Origin: an uncultured Chloroflexia bacterium
Lineage (GTDB): Bacteria; Chloroflexota; Anaerolineae; JAAYZQ01
Reading direction: 5' to 3'
DNA: 64,000 nucleotides
Assembly: GCA_963700285.1 (NCBI GenBank)
Contig: CAVOXA010000001.1
Coordinates: 1,088,001 to 1,152,000 of the forward strand
Below the pieces are notes generated by a model, which worked only from the letters and a program-made list of their open reading frames with translations, did no database searches and was not told the origin of the DNA. The position numbers and the translations under genes were made by a program. Of this stretch, positions 62,968-64,000 are shown piece by piece. Each line of letters opens with the position of its first letter. Position 1 is the first letter of the stretch.

Positions 62968-63993
62968 TCAACGGGCAACATCTCGCCTGAACTGCTCCAG
63001 CAGGTACCGGTAGAACGCCTCCTTCTGGGCAAAATCGAGTACAACGTCAACGCATCGACCGTCGGGGCTCTTCCGGATGGTGCCCTGGTCAAAGCCCTCG
63101 TTCTCGATCGAAAACCTCATGGTCTCCGGCTCCTCAAAGAATTCCGGGTGCGCCAGGTAGGCGGTGGTCGTGGTGTTCCACATCTCATAGTACGGGTCAT
63201 CTCGGACCATGGCATAGCTCTGGTGGACCAAGTCGGAATACTGGTGGCTGGCAGCCTGCTGCTCGAGCTTTGCCCTGAATTCGTCCGTGATCGGCGCCTT
63301 GTCGGTCACGTCTAGGGGAAGCATTACAATAGGAAACGATGTGTTCTGGAATATCCAGTCTACTGCCAGCGGATCCCAGTAGGCATTCCATTCGGCTCCT
63401 GGATTGGCGATTTTGGCCGGGATGGTGTTGGGATCGAGGTTGCCATCTACGTGTATGGCACCGCCCATCCACACTAGCCGTGCGATCCCTTTTTCCAGAT
63501 CCGGGTACTCTTTGAGCACGTCGCTGAGCGGGGTGAGGGGACAGGTGATCAGGAGCGTTACCGGTGTATCTTCCTCCACGGCCCGGGACAGGAGCTCGTG
63601 CAAAAGGTCACCTCCGGAGGGATGGGGCGGCCACTCTTCCTTATCCTCCAGTTGGGAGAAGGCCTCAATCTCGTGGTGGCGAATGACATCACCTCGATAG
63701 ATCCAGGGGAAGGGGTTCCATCCCCGGGCGTCGCTCAGTGCTACCGGGACTCCCGAATGCTTGATAAGCTGCATGAGCTTCCACTGGACCTGCATGGCCT
63801 GATCGCCGATTGTATCGGTATGGGTAAGGATGATGCCCTGCAGGTCTATTCCGTCCATCGTCGTCAGCAGCAGGTAGGACACAAAGTCATCGATAGTTCT
63901 GCCCTGGATAAAGACGACGGGCTCTCCCGCCTGCGCCAGCCGGCCACTGATATAGCCGCCCATGGCCCCGGCTCCCATGACCGCAATCTTTAT
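62968..63993 (-). pseudogene. Chimera: ketopantoate reductase (PanE/ApbA)-like N-terminus fused to an N-terminally truncated nucleoside hydrolase
   Basis: IKIAVMGAGAMGGYISGRLAQAGEPVVFI joined to IDDF...TCPLT...WMGGA...GN...AEWNAYWDP...PLDVT. Confidence 0.7.
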
Positions 63994-64000
63994 GATCTAC

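Overview
GC-rich bacterial chromosomal window, probably Chloroflexota/Anaerolineae. This is inferred from gene content, near-consensus TTGACA-17-TATAAT promoters and YLP-type C-terminal tails on secreted proteins. It holds housekeeping genes (pdp fragment, trmFO, Lon-like protease, S1-domain protein, tsaA, rusA-like, csp, RRM, Nudix), many secreted or surface proteins, two B12 radical SAM genes, a cyclase-STAND-WD40 gene, a compatible-solute cluster (GH63-like/otsA/GT4/otsB) and three large FG-GAP-repeat genes. The main result is at 11.4-14.8 kb: an operon behind a CsoR/RcnR-type operator that appears to encode THREE selenoproteins the ORF track splits, truncates or misses. These are a membrane-anchored UxxC thioredoxin, an FmdB-type zinc ribbon with a C-terminal Sec, and a 58-aa membrane protein with a T-U-M-S-E-S-C motif. 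Each in-frame TGA is followed 20-27 nt later by a perfect 7-8 bp hairpin with a GT(G/C) loop, resembling a bacterial SECIS. The same operator lies between face-to-face promoters and so probably also controls a divergent methyltransferase operon. Several blocks (18.6-21.3, 25.6-33.0, 38.6-43.6 kb) carry many single-base frameshifts that look like sequencing or assembly errors. I recognised no tRNA, rRNA, CRISPR array, transposase or sel machinery gene. All family calls are motif recognition by eye, not database searches.
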